Positions 11,517 to 20,588 of a stretch of 64,000 nucleotides of DNA are shown here, in pieces. Position 1 is the stretch's first letter; every line of letters starts with the position of its first letter. This DNA comes from Candidatus Multivoradales bacterium. GTDB taxonomy: Bacteria; Acidobacteriota; Thermoanaerobaculia; Multivoradales; JAHEKO01. Below the pieces are notes generated by a model, which did no database searches, was not told where the DNA came from, and worked only from the letters and a program-made list of their open reading frames with translations. Location: positions 1 to 64,000 of the forward strand of contig CBDFIJ010000004.1 in the NCBI GenBank assembly GCA_965248055.1, written 5' to 3'. Both the position numbers and the translations under genes were made by a program.

Positions 11517-12254
11517 ATGCGCCAACTTTTAGTCAGTGTGCGAGGTTCGAATGAGGCGATTGCGGCGGCAAAGGGCGGGGCGCACATCGCGGATGTCGAG
11601 TTCCCGGCCTCCGCTCTGGGAACGCCTTATCCGCTAAACATCAAAGCTGTACGCGAAGAGCTAGACCGCAGTGGTTTTGGCCAAGTACACATATCGACGA
11701 ATATTGGTGAAGAGCAGCCGGTTAGAAGCACAGCTTGCCAAGCTGCACTTGGTGTTGCCCTCGCAGGTGCCGACTACGTCAAATGCGGGCTTGCCGGATT
11801 GTCCCTTTCTGCCGCGTCATACTTGGGGCGGAACTTGGTTCGTACGGTCAGAGAGTGGTTTCCGGAAAAGAAGGTCTATCCAGCAGTTTTCGCAGACGAT
11901 GAACTTGCACACGTGTTCAACCCTCTAGTCGATGGCCCAGAGCTCGTGCGAGAAATCGACTGTGACGGTTTGTTGATTGATACCTTTGACAAGCACCTTG
12001 GAAAAGGGCTATTAGACTACTATTCAGTTTTGCAGATAGCCGACTTCGTGGCTAATCTCCACGAGCGCGGCAAGGAAGTCTGGCTGGCTGGCAGTGTGAC
12101 ACACAAGCAGCTGTTTGATCTTTGGACGACTGGCGTCGATGTGGTTTGTGTAAGGGGCGCAGCTTGTCTCCCGAGCGAAGCACCTAGATTCGGAAGGATC
12201 TCTTCAAAGACAGTCTCCGATCTCGTCGGGACCATGCCGACTGCGGAAACATGA
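11517..12254 (+). CDS. MfnB/DUF556-like TIM-barrel protein ((5-formylfuran-3-yl)methyl phosphate synthase homologue)
   Basis: LLVSV...EA..A..GGAHIADV, GADYVKCGL, AVFAD, LLIDTFDK, LAGS, DVVCVRGAAC match the family; GAGAGG RBS. Confidence 0.8.
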   Translation: MRQLLVSVRGSNEAIAAAKGGAHIADVEFPASALGTPYPLNIKAVREELDRSGFGQVHISTNIGEEQPVRSTACQAALGVALAGADYVKCGLAGLSLSAASYLGRNLVRTVREWFPEKKVYPAVFADDELAHVFNPLVDGPELVREIDCDGLLIDTFDKHLGKGLLDYYSVLQIADFVANLHERGKEVWLAGSVTHKQLFDLWTTGVDVVCVRGAACLPSEAPRFGRISSKTVSDLVGTMPTAET

Positions 12255-12298
12255 GGCTACCCCAAAGTAGTCCGCGATGACGGGGGCGATGACTGGCT

Positions 12299-15200
12299 AT
12301 GAAGAAGGGTCGTAGGAAGCGCCGCCCTCGAGGGCGGGCGGGTGGGCGAGCAGGTGGTGCCGGCTACGACTTTCAGGACGTTTACGTTGCGCGCCAGCTT
12401 GCGCGGCTGCTAGTTGATACAGGAGGGGATAGTCCAATCGAGGTCCTGTGGGAAAAGAAGGACATCGAGTGGGAGCCTGGTGAGGGTGTGGAGTCGGTCT
12501 TCGTGGATGATGTCGTAGTGCGCTTTCGCAGCGGCAAGACGATCTACACTCAAGTCAAGGAAACGAGTCCGTCAGGTAGGTGGACCGTCCGAGAGTTAGC
12601 GAGAAGTAAGATAGCTAGCGATTTCTGGCGGCAATGGAATGCCAGGGCTGCAGAAGAACGAAGCAAGACAGTCCTTCGACTTGCGAGTGTGTCAGATGTC
12701 AGTAACCTTAGGCATGTTGTTGACGTGGCGCAACGCGCGCGAACGCCAGCGGAGCTTCTAGGGGCCGATGCATCGGCAGAAACCGTCGAGGACATTAAGG
12801 CACTGAGCACTGCACTGGGTATTCAATCGACAAGTCCTGAACTTCTGTCGTTTCTCAAATCCCTTGATGGAGAGCAACTACCGCCAGCTGACGATCTCGA
12901 ACGGTGGGTGTCTATAGAACTTACTGCTTGTGGTGCCGAAGCGGCTGCCCTGGCACGCCATTTGATCAGGCTCGTTGCAAAGAGCAAGCACGTTGGATCC
13001 ACGGCTCGATCAGCCTACAGCAAAGACAGCCTTGCTAGCGAGTTGCGCGCTGAGGAGGTCCCTGACCATGTCCTGCTTAGCATCGGAGCTCTAGAGACTC
13101 CGTGTGTCACAGACGAGACAGTCTGGGATGAATATCGCGCGCAGGTCGTTAAGCAGCATCGGACACTTCCAGTCTATGGATTAGAGGATGATCGTCCACT
13201 GTTCGTCGATCTGGCGATGTTGTATGTTGCCCTGAAGCTCGCCCCGCTCACGACTGACCATACGGCCGGTAATTCTAATAAGGCCCCGAGGACGGACACA
13301 CGTTCAATCACTGAGAGGCTTCGCGACGAAGCTCGGTTGGAGGATTCTGAGGACCCAGGGGAGAGCCGTAACGATAGTATTTCCCTCGCGGAGGTGCTAC
13401 AGAAAAATCGGCGTGTTGCACTTGTTGGTGGGCCCGGAAGCGGCAAGACCTTGACACTTCGTTGGCTTGCTCTCATCTCGGCGTTGCCCAACGACGAGGG
13501 CAGAGCACTTCGTCTGAAGTGCGGCTTATCGTCAGAGCCGCTGGTGCCTGTATATGTGCGCTTCCGCCAGCTCGCAGACCACGCTTGGGAGCGGGGATTC
13601 GAAAGCGTCAACTGGAGAGCTGAGCTAGTTGTCGACTTTCTCGCGGCCCAACTTGAGACGAGCCTTGTTGTGTCTTCGCAGAGTCGGCAGCAGGCGGTCG
13701 CATTCGCTCGAGGATTGCTTGACTCAGAAAGAGCAATCTTCCTCCTCGACGGGCTTGATGAGGTCACCGACCAAGCAATACGCAATCGACTGCTCGATGC
13801 TGTATCCGACTTGATAACAACATCGGAGAAACCTAGATTTGTCTCATCTTGGCGGCCCTACGCTCTGCAGCGAGATCTTTCTGCCCTAGACCTGGCGCTA
13901 TTCGAGCCACTGCCCTTTGATCGATCGGACCGCGCCGCTTTTGCTCACCAGTGGTATGAAGCCGTTCGCTCTGCATCACCAAGGATGCGGGAACAGAATG
14001 CTATCGCTGAGCGGACTGATGATCTTGCAAAGGCGGCGGAGTCTCTACGAGACCTAGCACAGAACCCCCTTCTCTATTCGATCCTTGCTCTGGTCCATTT
14101 CCATGGTGGGAACGTGCCTTTGCAGAGAGCTGCTCTGTACGATCGGGCGACGCTCGCGATGCTCGGCCATTGGGATCGCGACAAAAGGGGTCGCAATCTC
14201 GGCGCAGAGGCAGGACCAGCCGACTTGGGGCAACCACTAGACGAAGATCTACTACGGCCTCTTGTAGAAGATCTGGCGCACCATGTTCAATGTACGGAAA
14301 GTGCCGTGGAGTTCCAGACCGGTACAGCGACCGAGGTTATCGAGGAAGGTCTCCAACGTGTTCTCGACACCGCAGAGCCGGCCAAGCCAGACCAGTCCAC
14401 AGTTCTCGTGAACTACCTAGTGGAGCGGTCAGGACTGCTTCAAGAACGACGGCCAGGAGTTCTTGCCTTCTCACACCTGAGTTTTCAGGAGTATCTTGCT
14501 GCTCGTTGGTTTGTCGGGCGAGACGAGGTCGCCACTGACGATCTCGCGTTTCTTGCCAAGGATGAAGGTCAGTCTGAAGTTGTCCGGTTTGCGATCGCGA
14601 TCCTAGGACGACGCAAGGGAACCCGATCGCGGCATGCAGCTCGTGCGCTCGTCGAGCAAGTCGCCTCTGAGAATTCTCTTCTTGCGGCGGCAAGTCTTGT
14701 GGAAACGCCAGACATGGAGATGTCGTCGCGAGTCGCAACTCAGCTAGCTCGCGATCTCTGGTACGACTCCACCGATCCAAGGCGCCATCACTCTATACAT
14801 CCGAGGGTATTTCGGAAGCTGTTCTGGCGGGTTCTCGCGGACGTGGAAAAGCCAGACCAGATTCTCTTGGAGGTGCTTGCATCTGGAGAATCTGAGGGAC
14901 GCCACCCGATGGAATCGGAACTTGGATTAGAACTGTTGGCGTTTCGCCCACCGTCTCCACTGTCTGAAGAATTAGCTTGGTTTCTTCGGCGGCTGGCATC
15001 GCTGGAGAAACGACGAGAGCACTACCCGGCGGGCGATCTGGCGAGTCTTATCACTGTTGAAGCAGGTGCCTCATCTGCGGCCGACCACTTGCCAGCTCTA
15101 GTACGACTTCTAAGTTGGCAAGACTGGCGCCGTGGGAGGCAGCGGGAGGCGCCAGCCCCCTCCAAGCGAGCAGAGGAACTCATCGGGGAAGTCCTTCTCG

Positions 15201-17617
15201 ACGAGCAGACGAGAGGCGCCTCGCTTTCTTCGCTCAGAACGTGTCTAGTCGACACCCAAACGAGAGGACGGTCAAGCAGGCACGTTGCACGTATGATGCT
15301 TAGCTTCGGTGAGCCTTTGACCGACACTATCGTCGATGTGCTCATCGAAGGTTATCTCTACTACCCAGATGAACACGAACACGGTCTGGCGGCGCTTGAA
15401 GAAGTCTCACAGACTCCGCACTCCCGGGCAGCAATCGAAGCGGGCGCGAAGCGGGGTCTAACCAACGAGGATCGAGATGTGCGGCTCGGGTGTTTTCGAC
15501 TTCTGCGCGAGCGCGCCGTTCCTTGGTCAAGTCAGCTTTCCGCCGTCGAAGATGAACGTGAAACGGTATCGCGATACGAAGATCTGCTTGAGGATCCTAA
15601 AACGGCGGCCGAAGCACTCGAGATGCTCGGCGATAAACTCTGGGAAGAAGATGATGAATTGTCTTGGCAAGCGGCTCGGGCGCTGATCGACTCGGGTAAC
15701 GAGGATGTTCCGGGCTTGACACACGCTTTGGTGAACGCTGGTCTTTGCTCCGGAGACCGACGACCAGTTGCTAACGCCGATTTGCAAAGGCTGCGCTCAG
15801 ATTCCAGCCTTGGCCTAGCTGTGCGCGCCAGTCTTCTAGCTGGCCTCCGAAGTGAGAGCGGAGCTGTGGCCACGGGGTCCGCAATTCTGCTTCTAGCCGC
15901 GAAAGACATCGCGAGCGAAACACGGATGATATCCATAGTTCGGGCGGCTCTCAAGGACCCGACACAGCTCCGTGATGCAATGCCATACTTAGAAGAACTG
16001 CTCGGTGATACGTCCAGCCGAACAGCGACTCAGAGTGCCCTAGGTCAGTACTTCGAGGCAAAGAACGCGAACGCCGAGACCACATCGGTTCTTGCGATCA
16101 AGCTGGCGGAACTGGGTTACCTGGACGCCCCAAGTCTTGCTCAAGGCTTGGTTTTCGGCGCTCTCTCCGATGCGCTACAACACGGGCGTGCGGTCGTCCT
16201 TCTGCGTCGCATGTTGGATGACCCGAGTCTAGTAACGGAAGTTCGTCGTGCGTTGGCTCGTGGGCTCGAGTCGGAAGATCGGGCAATAGCCTGGGGAGCC
16301 GCGCGGTGTCTGTGGAAGGCGGGGAGCCGTGCAGATCCTAAGCTACCATCAGCCCTTGTTCGCGTTGGACTGTCAGGTGAAACCACGAAAGAAGACGCTC
16401 GAGCTTGGCTACTAGAACTCCTCGCTCATAGTCGTACGGCCGAGAACGTTCGTACTGCTCTAGAACGAGAGTGTGAGACTTACCGTTACCAAGACGAATC
16501 GAAAAAGGACCACGATCTCGCATGGGAGATTGCATGTTGCTTTCGATTGGGTAAGCTCTTTCATCCTGAATATTTCCCGATGATGCTTGTGTGGGGTGGG
16601 GTAGCTCGGGAGGAACGGCACGCAGAGGCAATCGCCACTATCAAGGAGCTGTCTGAATCGGAGACGTGGCTCGCGGGGCAACTGGAGAGCGAGCTTCTGA
16701 AGGCATTAGCGTCGAGCAACAAAGAAATTGCCTCAGGAGCTGCGCGGACACTGTACGAGCTTAGGTCATCCGGGAGGAAGCAGCAGCTACCAGACCCAAT
16801 CTTGAATGAACAGGAACCAAAAGCCCTGGAGATAGCTGGTCGATTCATCCGCATTGTGCTTCGCGAACGTGAGCGGGAATCGTGGGCTGAGGGTTTCCTT
16901 GCAGATCTCGCTCACCAGGGTCCTGAGACTCTTGGCAGACGGGCTGTACTGAAGCTCCTGGAAGGCGGTAGTGTGACCAGTGCCTACAGGGCTGCACGAT
17001 TTCAGCTTGAGCTGAAGGCGTTGAACGAACCCGGCCTGAGTATGGCGATTGTCTCGGGAGGATTAGGGTCACCTGACTGTTTCGAGGAAGCGGCAGTGGC
17101 GCTAGACAGCCTTCGGAGCGAACCATCGACTGCGGCACTTGCCTCTCAAGCGCTCAACAGGGCTTTGTGGAGTGATAGTCATGCCGCCGCGCTGGGCGCG
17201 GCTGTTTATTTGACGGATCGAGGAGAAATCGACAATCCCGGTGTTGGGAGGGGGCTTGTTTTCGGTGGGTTCGAACACGGAGCTTGGCGCGATGCGCGCG
17301 CACGAAAGAGACTCCAAGTGTTGCTTGACGAGCCTGCTACTCGTGGCGCAGCAGTTGAAGCTCTACAGGTTGCAGTCCATCAAGGCCATCCCATTCAGCG
17401 CCTTGAACAATCCTCCCTTCTTATTCGTGTCGGAGAAATCCTCCTGTACCCGATGCTTGAATGTTTCGCAGAGATATCTCAATGGCATGCCGTCGGCCCC
17501 TTGGCCGTGCTAGCTAGAACAGGTCGCGCTGCGGAGGTTCGAAATGCCGCCGCCCAATTGGGACTCTCGCGACTCGTTGAGATCATAGGAGATGGGCCTT
17601 GTCCAGGCGAATCGTGA
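12299..17617 (+). CDS. NACHT (STAND) NTPase with N-terminal Cap4/restriction-like nuclease and C-terminal helical repeats (bacterial NLR/Avs-like)
   Basis: GYDFQD...DDVVV...YTQVKE nuclease motif; Walker A GGPGSGKT; Walker B LLDGLDE; NPLL; FSHLSFQEYLAARW; repeated helical units. Confidence 0.85.
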   Translation: MKKGRRKRRPRGRAGGRAGGAGYDFQDVYVARQLARLLVDTGGDSPIEVLWEKKDIEWEPGEGVESVFVDDVVVRFRSGKTIYTQVKETSPSGRWTVRELARSKIASDFWRQWNARAAEERSKTVLRLASVSDVSNLRHVVDVAQRARTPAELLGADASAETVEDIKALSTALGIQSTSPELLSFLKSLDGEQLPPADDLERWVSIELTACGAEAAALARHLIRLVAKSKHVGSTARSAYSKDSLASELRAEEVPDHVLLSIGALETPCVTDETVWDEYRAQVVKQHRTLPVYGLEDDRPLFVDLAMLYVALKLAPLTTDHTAGNSNKAPRTDTRSITERLRDEARLEDSEDPGESRNDSISLAEVLQKNRRVALVGGPGSGKTLTLRWLALISALPNDEGRALRLKCGLSSEPLVPVYVRFRQLADHAWERGFESVNWRAELVVDFLAAQLETSLVVSSQSRQQAVAFARGLLDSERAIFLLDGLDEVTDQAIRNRLLDAVSDLITTSEKPRFVSSWRPYALQRDLSALDLALFEPLPFDRSDRAAFAHQWYEAVRSASPRMREQNAIAERTDDLAKAAESLRDLAQNPLLYSILALVHFHGGNVPLQRAALYDRATLAMLGHWDRDKRGRNLGAEAGPADLGQPLDEDLLRPLVEDLAHHVQCTESAVEFQTGTATEVIEEGLQRVLDTAEPAKPDQSTVLVNYLVERSGLLQERRPGVLAFSHLSFQEYLAARWFVGRDEVATDDLAFLAKDEGQSEVVRFAIAILGRRKGTRSRHAARALVEQVASENSLLAAASLVETPDMEMSSRVATQLARDLWYDSTDPRRHHSIHPRVFRKLFWRVLADVEKPDQILLEVLASGESEGRHPMESELGLELLAFRPPSPLSEELAWFLRRLASLEKRREHYPAGDLASLITVEAGASSAADHLPALVRLLSWQDWRRGRQREAPAPSKRAEELIGEVLLDEQTRGASLSSLRTCLVDTQTRGRSSRHVARMMLSFGEPLTDTIVDVLIEGYLYYPDEHEHGLAALEEVSQTPHSRAAIEAGAKRGLTNEDRDVRLGCFRLLRERAVPWSSQLSAVEDERETVSRYEDLLEDPKTAAEALEMLGDKLWEEDDELSWQAARALIDSGNEDVPGLTHALVNAGLCSGDRRPVANADLQRLRSDSSLGLAVRASLLAGLRSESGAVATGSAILLLAAKDIASETRMISIVRAALKDPTQLRDAMPYLEELLGDTSSRTATQSALGQYFEAKNANAETTSVLAIKLAELGYLDAPSLAQGLVFGALSDALQHGRAVVLLRRMLDDPSLVTEVRRALARGLESEDRAIAWGAARCLWKAGSRADPKLPSALVRVGLSGETTKEDARAWLLELLAHSRTAENVRTALERECETYRYQDESKKDHDLAWEIACCFRLGKLFHPEYFPMMLVWGGVAREERHAEAIATIKELSESETWLAGQLESELLKALASSNKEIASGAARTLYELRSSGRKQQLPDPILNEQEPKALEIAGRFIRIVLRERERESWAEGFLADLAHQGPETLGRRAVLKLLEGGSVTSAYRAARFQLELKALNEPGLSMAIVSGGLGSPDCFEEAAVALDSLRSEPSTAALASQALNRALWSDSHAAALGAAVYLTDRGEIDNPGVGRGLVFGGFEHGAWRDARARKRLQVLLDEPATRGAAVEALQVAVHQGHPIQRLEQSSLLIRVGEILLYPMLECFAEISQWHAVGPLAVLARTGRAAEVRNAAAQLGLSRLVEIIGDGPCPGES

Positions 17618-17618
17618 G

Positions 17619-17656
17619 TCCGGTACGGCCCGGAATCGATTCCGGGCCGTACCGGA
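17619..17656. repeat. Perfect 38-bp palindrome
   Basis: TCCGGTACGGCCCGGAATC|GATTCCGGGCCGTACCGGA. Confidence 0.95.
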
Positions 17657-17787
17657 TCAGGCTGATCCTCCCCAATTTAGGACAAATTTCAAAATCAGTA
17701 ACTAGCTTCCAACGTGGACGGGCTGTGGGACTTCGCAATCCAACAGATCCAGCTTGCGCGATCTCCAAAATGGCATACACTGAAAAC

Positions 17788-17992
17788 GTGACAAGAACTG
17801 AGATAACCGAACAGGCACTTGCCCTGCCTGAGAGCGAACGAGTCGAGCCTCATGCCACCACTTCTCGATTGGCAGAAGGAAACTCTCGACGAAGCACTCG
17901 AAGAGTACAAGCGTCACCCGAATAGTGGCCGACCAGCCGACGAAGTCATTGCCGAGCTCCGCGCAGAACTTAGCGCTCGACGTAAGAACTAA
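17788..17992 (+). pseudogene. Addiction-module antitoxin (TIGR02574-like), frameshifted or internally deleted
   Basis: VTRTEITEQALALPESERVE then, in another frame, PLLDWQKETLDEALEEYKRHPNSGRPADEVIAELR*. Confidence 0.7.
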
Positions 17993-18004
17993 GACTAACT
18001 CTCC

Positions 18005-18294
18005 ATGGAGTTCACCGTTCACAAGTGGGCGCGTTTCGACTTGCGCTAGGCGGGCGATTAATACGACAACAGAGAAGCGCATCTCGGTCATCGGTTCCTA
18101 GACGAGTACGAGACAAAGCTGGCGTAACCTCAGCTGATTTGCTGAAGGTGCTCCTTTCGTCTACGGAGAGTACGACGACTCTCCATGCTGGTGTTCAACC
18201 ACGGTATCTTCTACATTATGCAGAACGAACAAACCATCCATATTCTTCGCGTCCTCCACGACTCGGTGAGCCCGAGCAGTGGCCGAGAGGGTAG
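18005..18294 (+). pseudogene. ParE/RelE-family toxin pseudogene
   Basis: MEFTVHKWARFDLR*AGD*YDNREAHLGHRFLDEY...RRLSMLVFNHGIFY...IHILRVLHDS; in-frame stops. Confidence 0.7.
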
Positions 18295-18303
18295 ATTTTC
18301 GTT

Positions 18304-19140
18304 CTAGTCGTTGGTCGCGGAGCGATTGAAAGAAGCCTTGAGCTCTTCCTTCGTACTAGGTCGATCCATGACGAACTGTCTCCACCAGCGGTTGATCCCG
18401 TGAAAGTTTAGGCCGAACCTACGAATCAGGCGAACTTTGGTGTATCGCTGTAATATGGGGTCCTTCAGCATGAACCGAAGACGAACAAAAACCTGTTCGT
18501 AAGCCATCAGGGTGGCGAGTAGAAAAAGGAAAGGTAGAAAGAAAACAGTGAGGATGAGAGGCAGGAGAAGTTCGACGAGCGTGTCCAGCTGGGCAAAGGC
18601 CCAAAAGTCTGTATAGATTTTGTGGGTCGCATAGATCAGAAGACCAAAGCCAAATGTCGCCATGAACCCGTTCAAGAACAAGCGGACAGGTTTGTATTCT
18701 TCATTCAACTCGGCCACCACCAGAAGGCAAGAAAGTACAGTGATGATAGGAACCAATATGAATTCGAGGAATAGGTTGAAAACGTAGAAGTTGACGATGA
18801 ACTCTAGGACTACACTGATGCGTGCACCATCGAGTATCGCCTTCCGAAAATAGTGTTCGTCGTCAGCAGACGTTACATTAAAGATCATTACAAGGGCGGC
18901 TGTTAGAAACCATAGCACCGCGACTTTTGCGTTAGCCCATCGCCAGACTCCAAGCTGGTGCAGGCACCCAACAATGAGTGCCATCCACGCGAACGCCGTG
19001 AGCACAGCAGTCACCAGCTTCCATGCAAGAGCTGCTCGAACGACTCCTGTCATGCCTTTGCGAATTGGTGCTGTCGACAACCCCCAAAGCAAACAGACCA
19101 TCAGCCAAACGAGGATCGCAATTTCGCGGTTGTTGAGCAT
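18304..19140 (-). CDS. Multi-pass membrane protein, hypothetical
   Basis: About 7 hydrophobic segments; start overlaps the integrase stop (TAATG). Confidence 0.75.
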   Translation of the reverse strand: MLNNREIAILVWLMVCLLWGLSTAPIRKGMTGVVRAALAWKLVTAVLTAFAWMALIVGCLHQLGVWRWANAKVAVLWFLTAALVMIFNVTSADDEHYFRKAILDGARISVVLEFIVNFYVFNLFLEFILVPIITVLSCLLVVAELNEEYKPVRLFLNGFMATFGFGLLIYATHKIYTDFWAFAQLDTLVELLLPLILTVFFLPFLFLLATLMAYEQVFVRLRFMLKDPILQRYTKVRLIRRFGLNFHGINRWWRQFVMDRPSTKEELKASFNRSATND

Positions 19141-20363
19141 TACTTCAAGGTACGCTTTTTTATTGCCTCCAGCATCACACTGGCTCGTTCGTTTGCTGCT
19201 CGCTTCAGTGCATTCGGTGCAAAGTGTGCGTAGATCTCGGTTGCTTGTCGTGAGCGGTGACCGACGTTCTTGCCTGCCATTTCGAGCGACGCACCACGGG
19301 AGACATCCCAGCTCACGACGTTATGTCGGAGGTCATGTAACCGCAGCGCACCGAGGCCGTCGAGATCGTCGAGGCCTGCAGCTTTTCTGATTTGCTTCCA
19401 CGTCTTCTTGATCGTGGTCAAGTGTCCTGTTGATCCCGTTCCAGGGAAGATGTATGGACATCCCGTGATTCGTTCTAGACCTCCAAGCACCCGCAGAGCC
19501 TCGCTAGGAACCTGACGGTATTCTTCTGCCGCAGCTTTGGTTCTGAGTAGTTTTGCGAGTCCAGTCTCAAAGCTAACGTTGCCGCATTCCAGGCCGAGCA
19601 CCTCACTGATCCGCCAGCCGGTCCAGAAGGTGAAACGGATCGCTGCGCAAGAGTACGGGTCACCGCCTTTCGTTTCGTGTTCGTCAACCGCCTGGAGAAG
19701 GGCGCCCATCTGGTGGGGAGTGAGCATCACATCTTTCTTCGCACCCCTCGATTCCTCCGGGTAGCGGTCGATGTGTACGATGGGGTTGGTGTGCTGCTTT
19801 CGCCAGCCCCACGCTTCAGCCTGATTGAATGACTGCTGCAAGACGGAGAGCATGCGGTTGGCCGTGTACGGAGTCTTGCGGAGGTTTTGGTGCAACCGCT
19901 CGATGTCCGCTCGTTTGACCTCATCAACACGTTTCTTTCCGAGCTTGGGAACGATGTGGCAACGGATGAGGCTTTCGTAGCCGCGAATCGTTGAGGCCGT
20001 GGGTGGCTTTTTCTTACTTGGGAGATAGCCCGTCAGAAAGCGCTCGGTCAGTTCAGCTACATTGTGGTGGCCCCCGCGTCTCCATTTCTCGGCCGGGTCT
20101 TTGCCTTTCTTAGCCTCAAGCAACAGAGTTGTTGCCAACTGGCGGGCCTGTTCTGCGGACATCGGGCCATGTTTCCCCAGCGTGATGCGGTGTGGTGCGG
20201 TTTTCCAATCATCTACTCGATTGCGGTATTGGAGCAGATATACCTTGCGACCCGTGGGCGTTATCTTGCAGCCAAAGCCAGAAACTTCTGTATCCCAAAT
20301 AAAGAGGTCACGCTCTCCAGGCTTGGTCTTGTCGACTACTGATTTGGTGATTCTGCGGCGCAT
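19140..20363 (-). CDS. Tyrosine recombinase/integrase with N-terminal arm-DNA-binding domain
   Basis: WDTEVSGFG arm domain; TGWRISE (R), HDLRH, GH, EIYAH (Y); next to a tRNA-derived att site. Confidence 0.92.
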   Translation of the reverse strand: MRRRITKSVVDKTKPGERDLFIWDTEVSGFGCKITPTGRKVYLLQYRNRVDDWKTAPHRITLGKHGPMSAEQARQLATTLLLEAKKGKDPAEKWRRGGHHNVAELTERFLTGYLPSKKKPPTASTIRGYESLIRCHIVPKLGKKRVDEVKRADIERLHQNLRKTPYTANRMLSVLQQSFNQAEAWGWRKQHTNPIVHIDRYPEESRGAKKDVMLTPHQMGALLQAVDEHETKGGDPYSCAAIRFTFWTGWRISEVLGLECGNVSFETGLAKLLRTKAAAEEYRQVPSEALRVLGGLERITGCPYIFPGTGSTGHLTTIKKTWKQIRKAAGLDDLDGLGALRLHDLRHNVVSWDVSRGASLEMAGKNVGHRSRQATEIYAHFAPNALKRAANERASVMLEAIKKRTLK

Positions 20364-20372
20364 CAAAACTTT

Positions 20373-20394
20373 CTAGCAATCAGCTAGCAATCAG
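20373..20394 (+). repeat. 11-bp tandem direct repeat, candidate integrase arm-type sites
   Basis: CTAGCAATCAG x2 between the integrase start and the att core. Confidence 0.5.
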
Positions 20395-20499
20395 GTTGAC
20401 TCAAATTCTCGCATAGAAGGCCAAACCGAATCAAGAGGTAAGTGCTGTATTTATTCAATTTATATGAATTCGCAAGCTTGGCGAAGAGTGCGGAAAAAA

Positions 20500-20546
20500 G
20501 ACTTGTAATCAGCAGGTCCTCGGTTCGAATCCGAGTGCCGGCTCCA
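20500..20546 (+). other. att site: 3' half of tRNA-Thr(TGT)
   Basis: GACTTGTAATCAGCAGGTCCTCGGTTCGAATCCGAGTGCCGGCTCCA has the anticodon loop, T arm and CCA; no D arm or 5' acceptor strand upstream. Confidence 0.85.
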
Positions 20547-20588
20547 TAGTTCAAGTTTCGAGATTGACGAACTGGGCTCTTCCAGGCA

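Noticed and set aside
20500-20546. Functional tRNA-Thr(TGT)
   Set aside because: The 5' half is absent; treated as an att remnant
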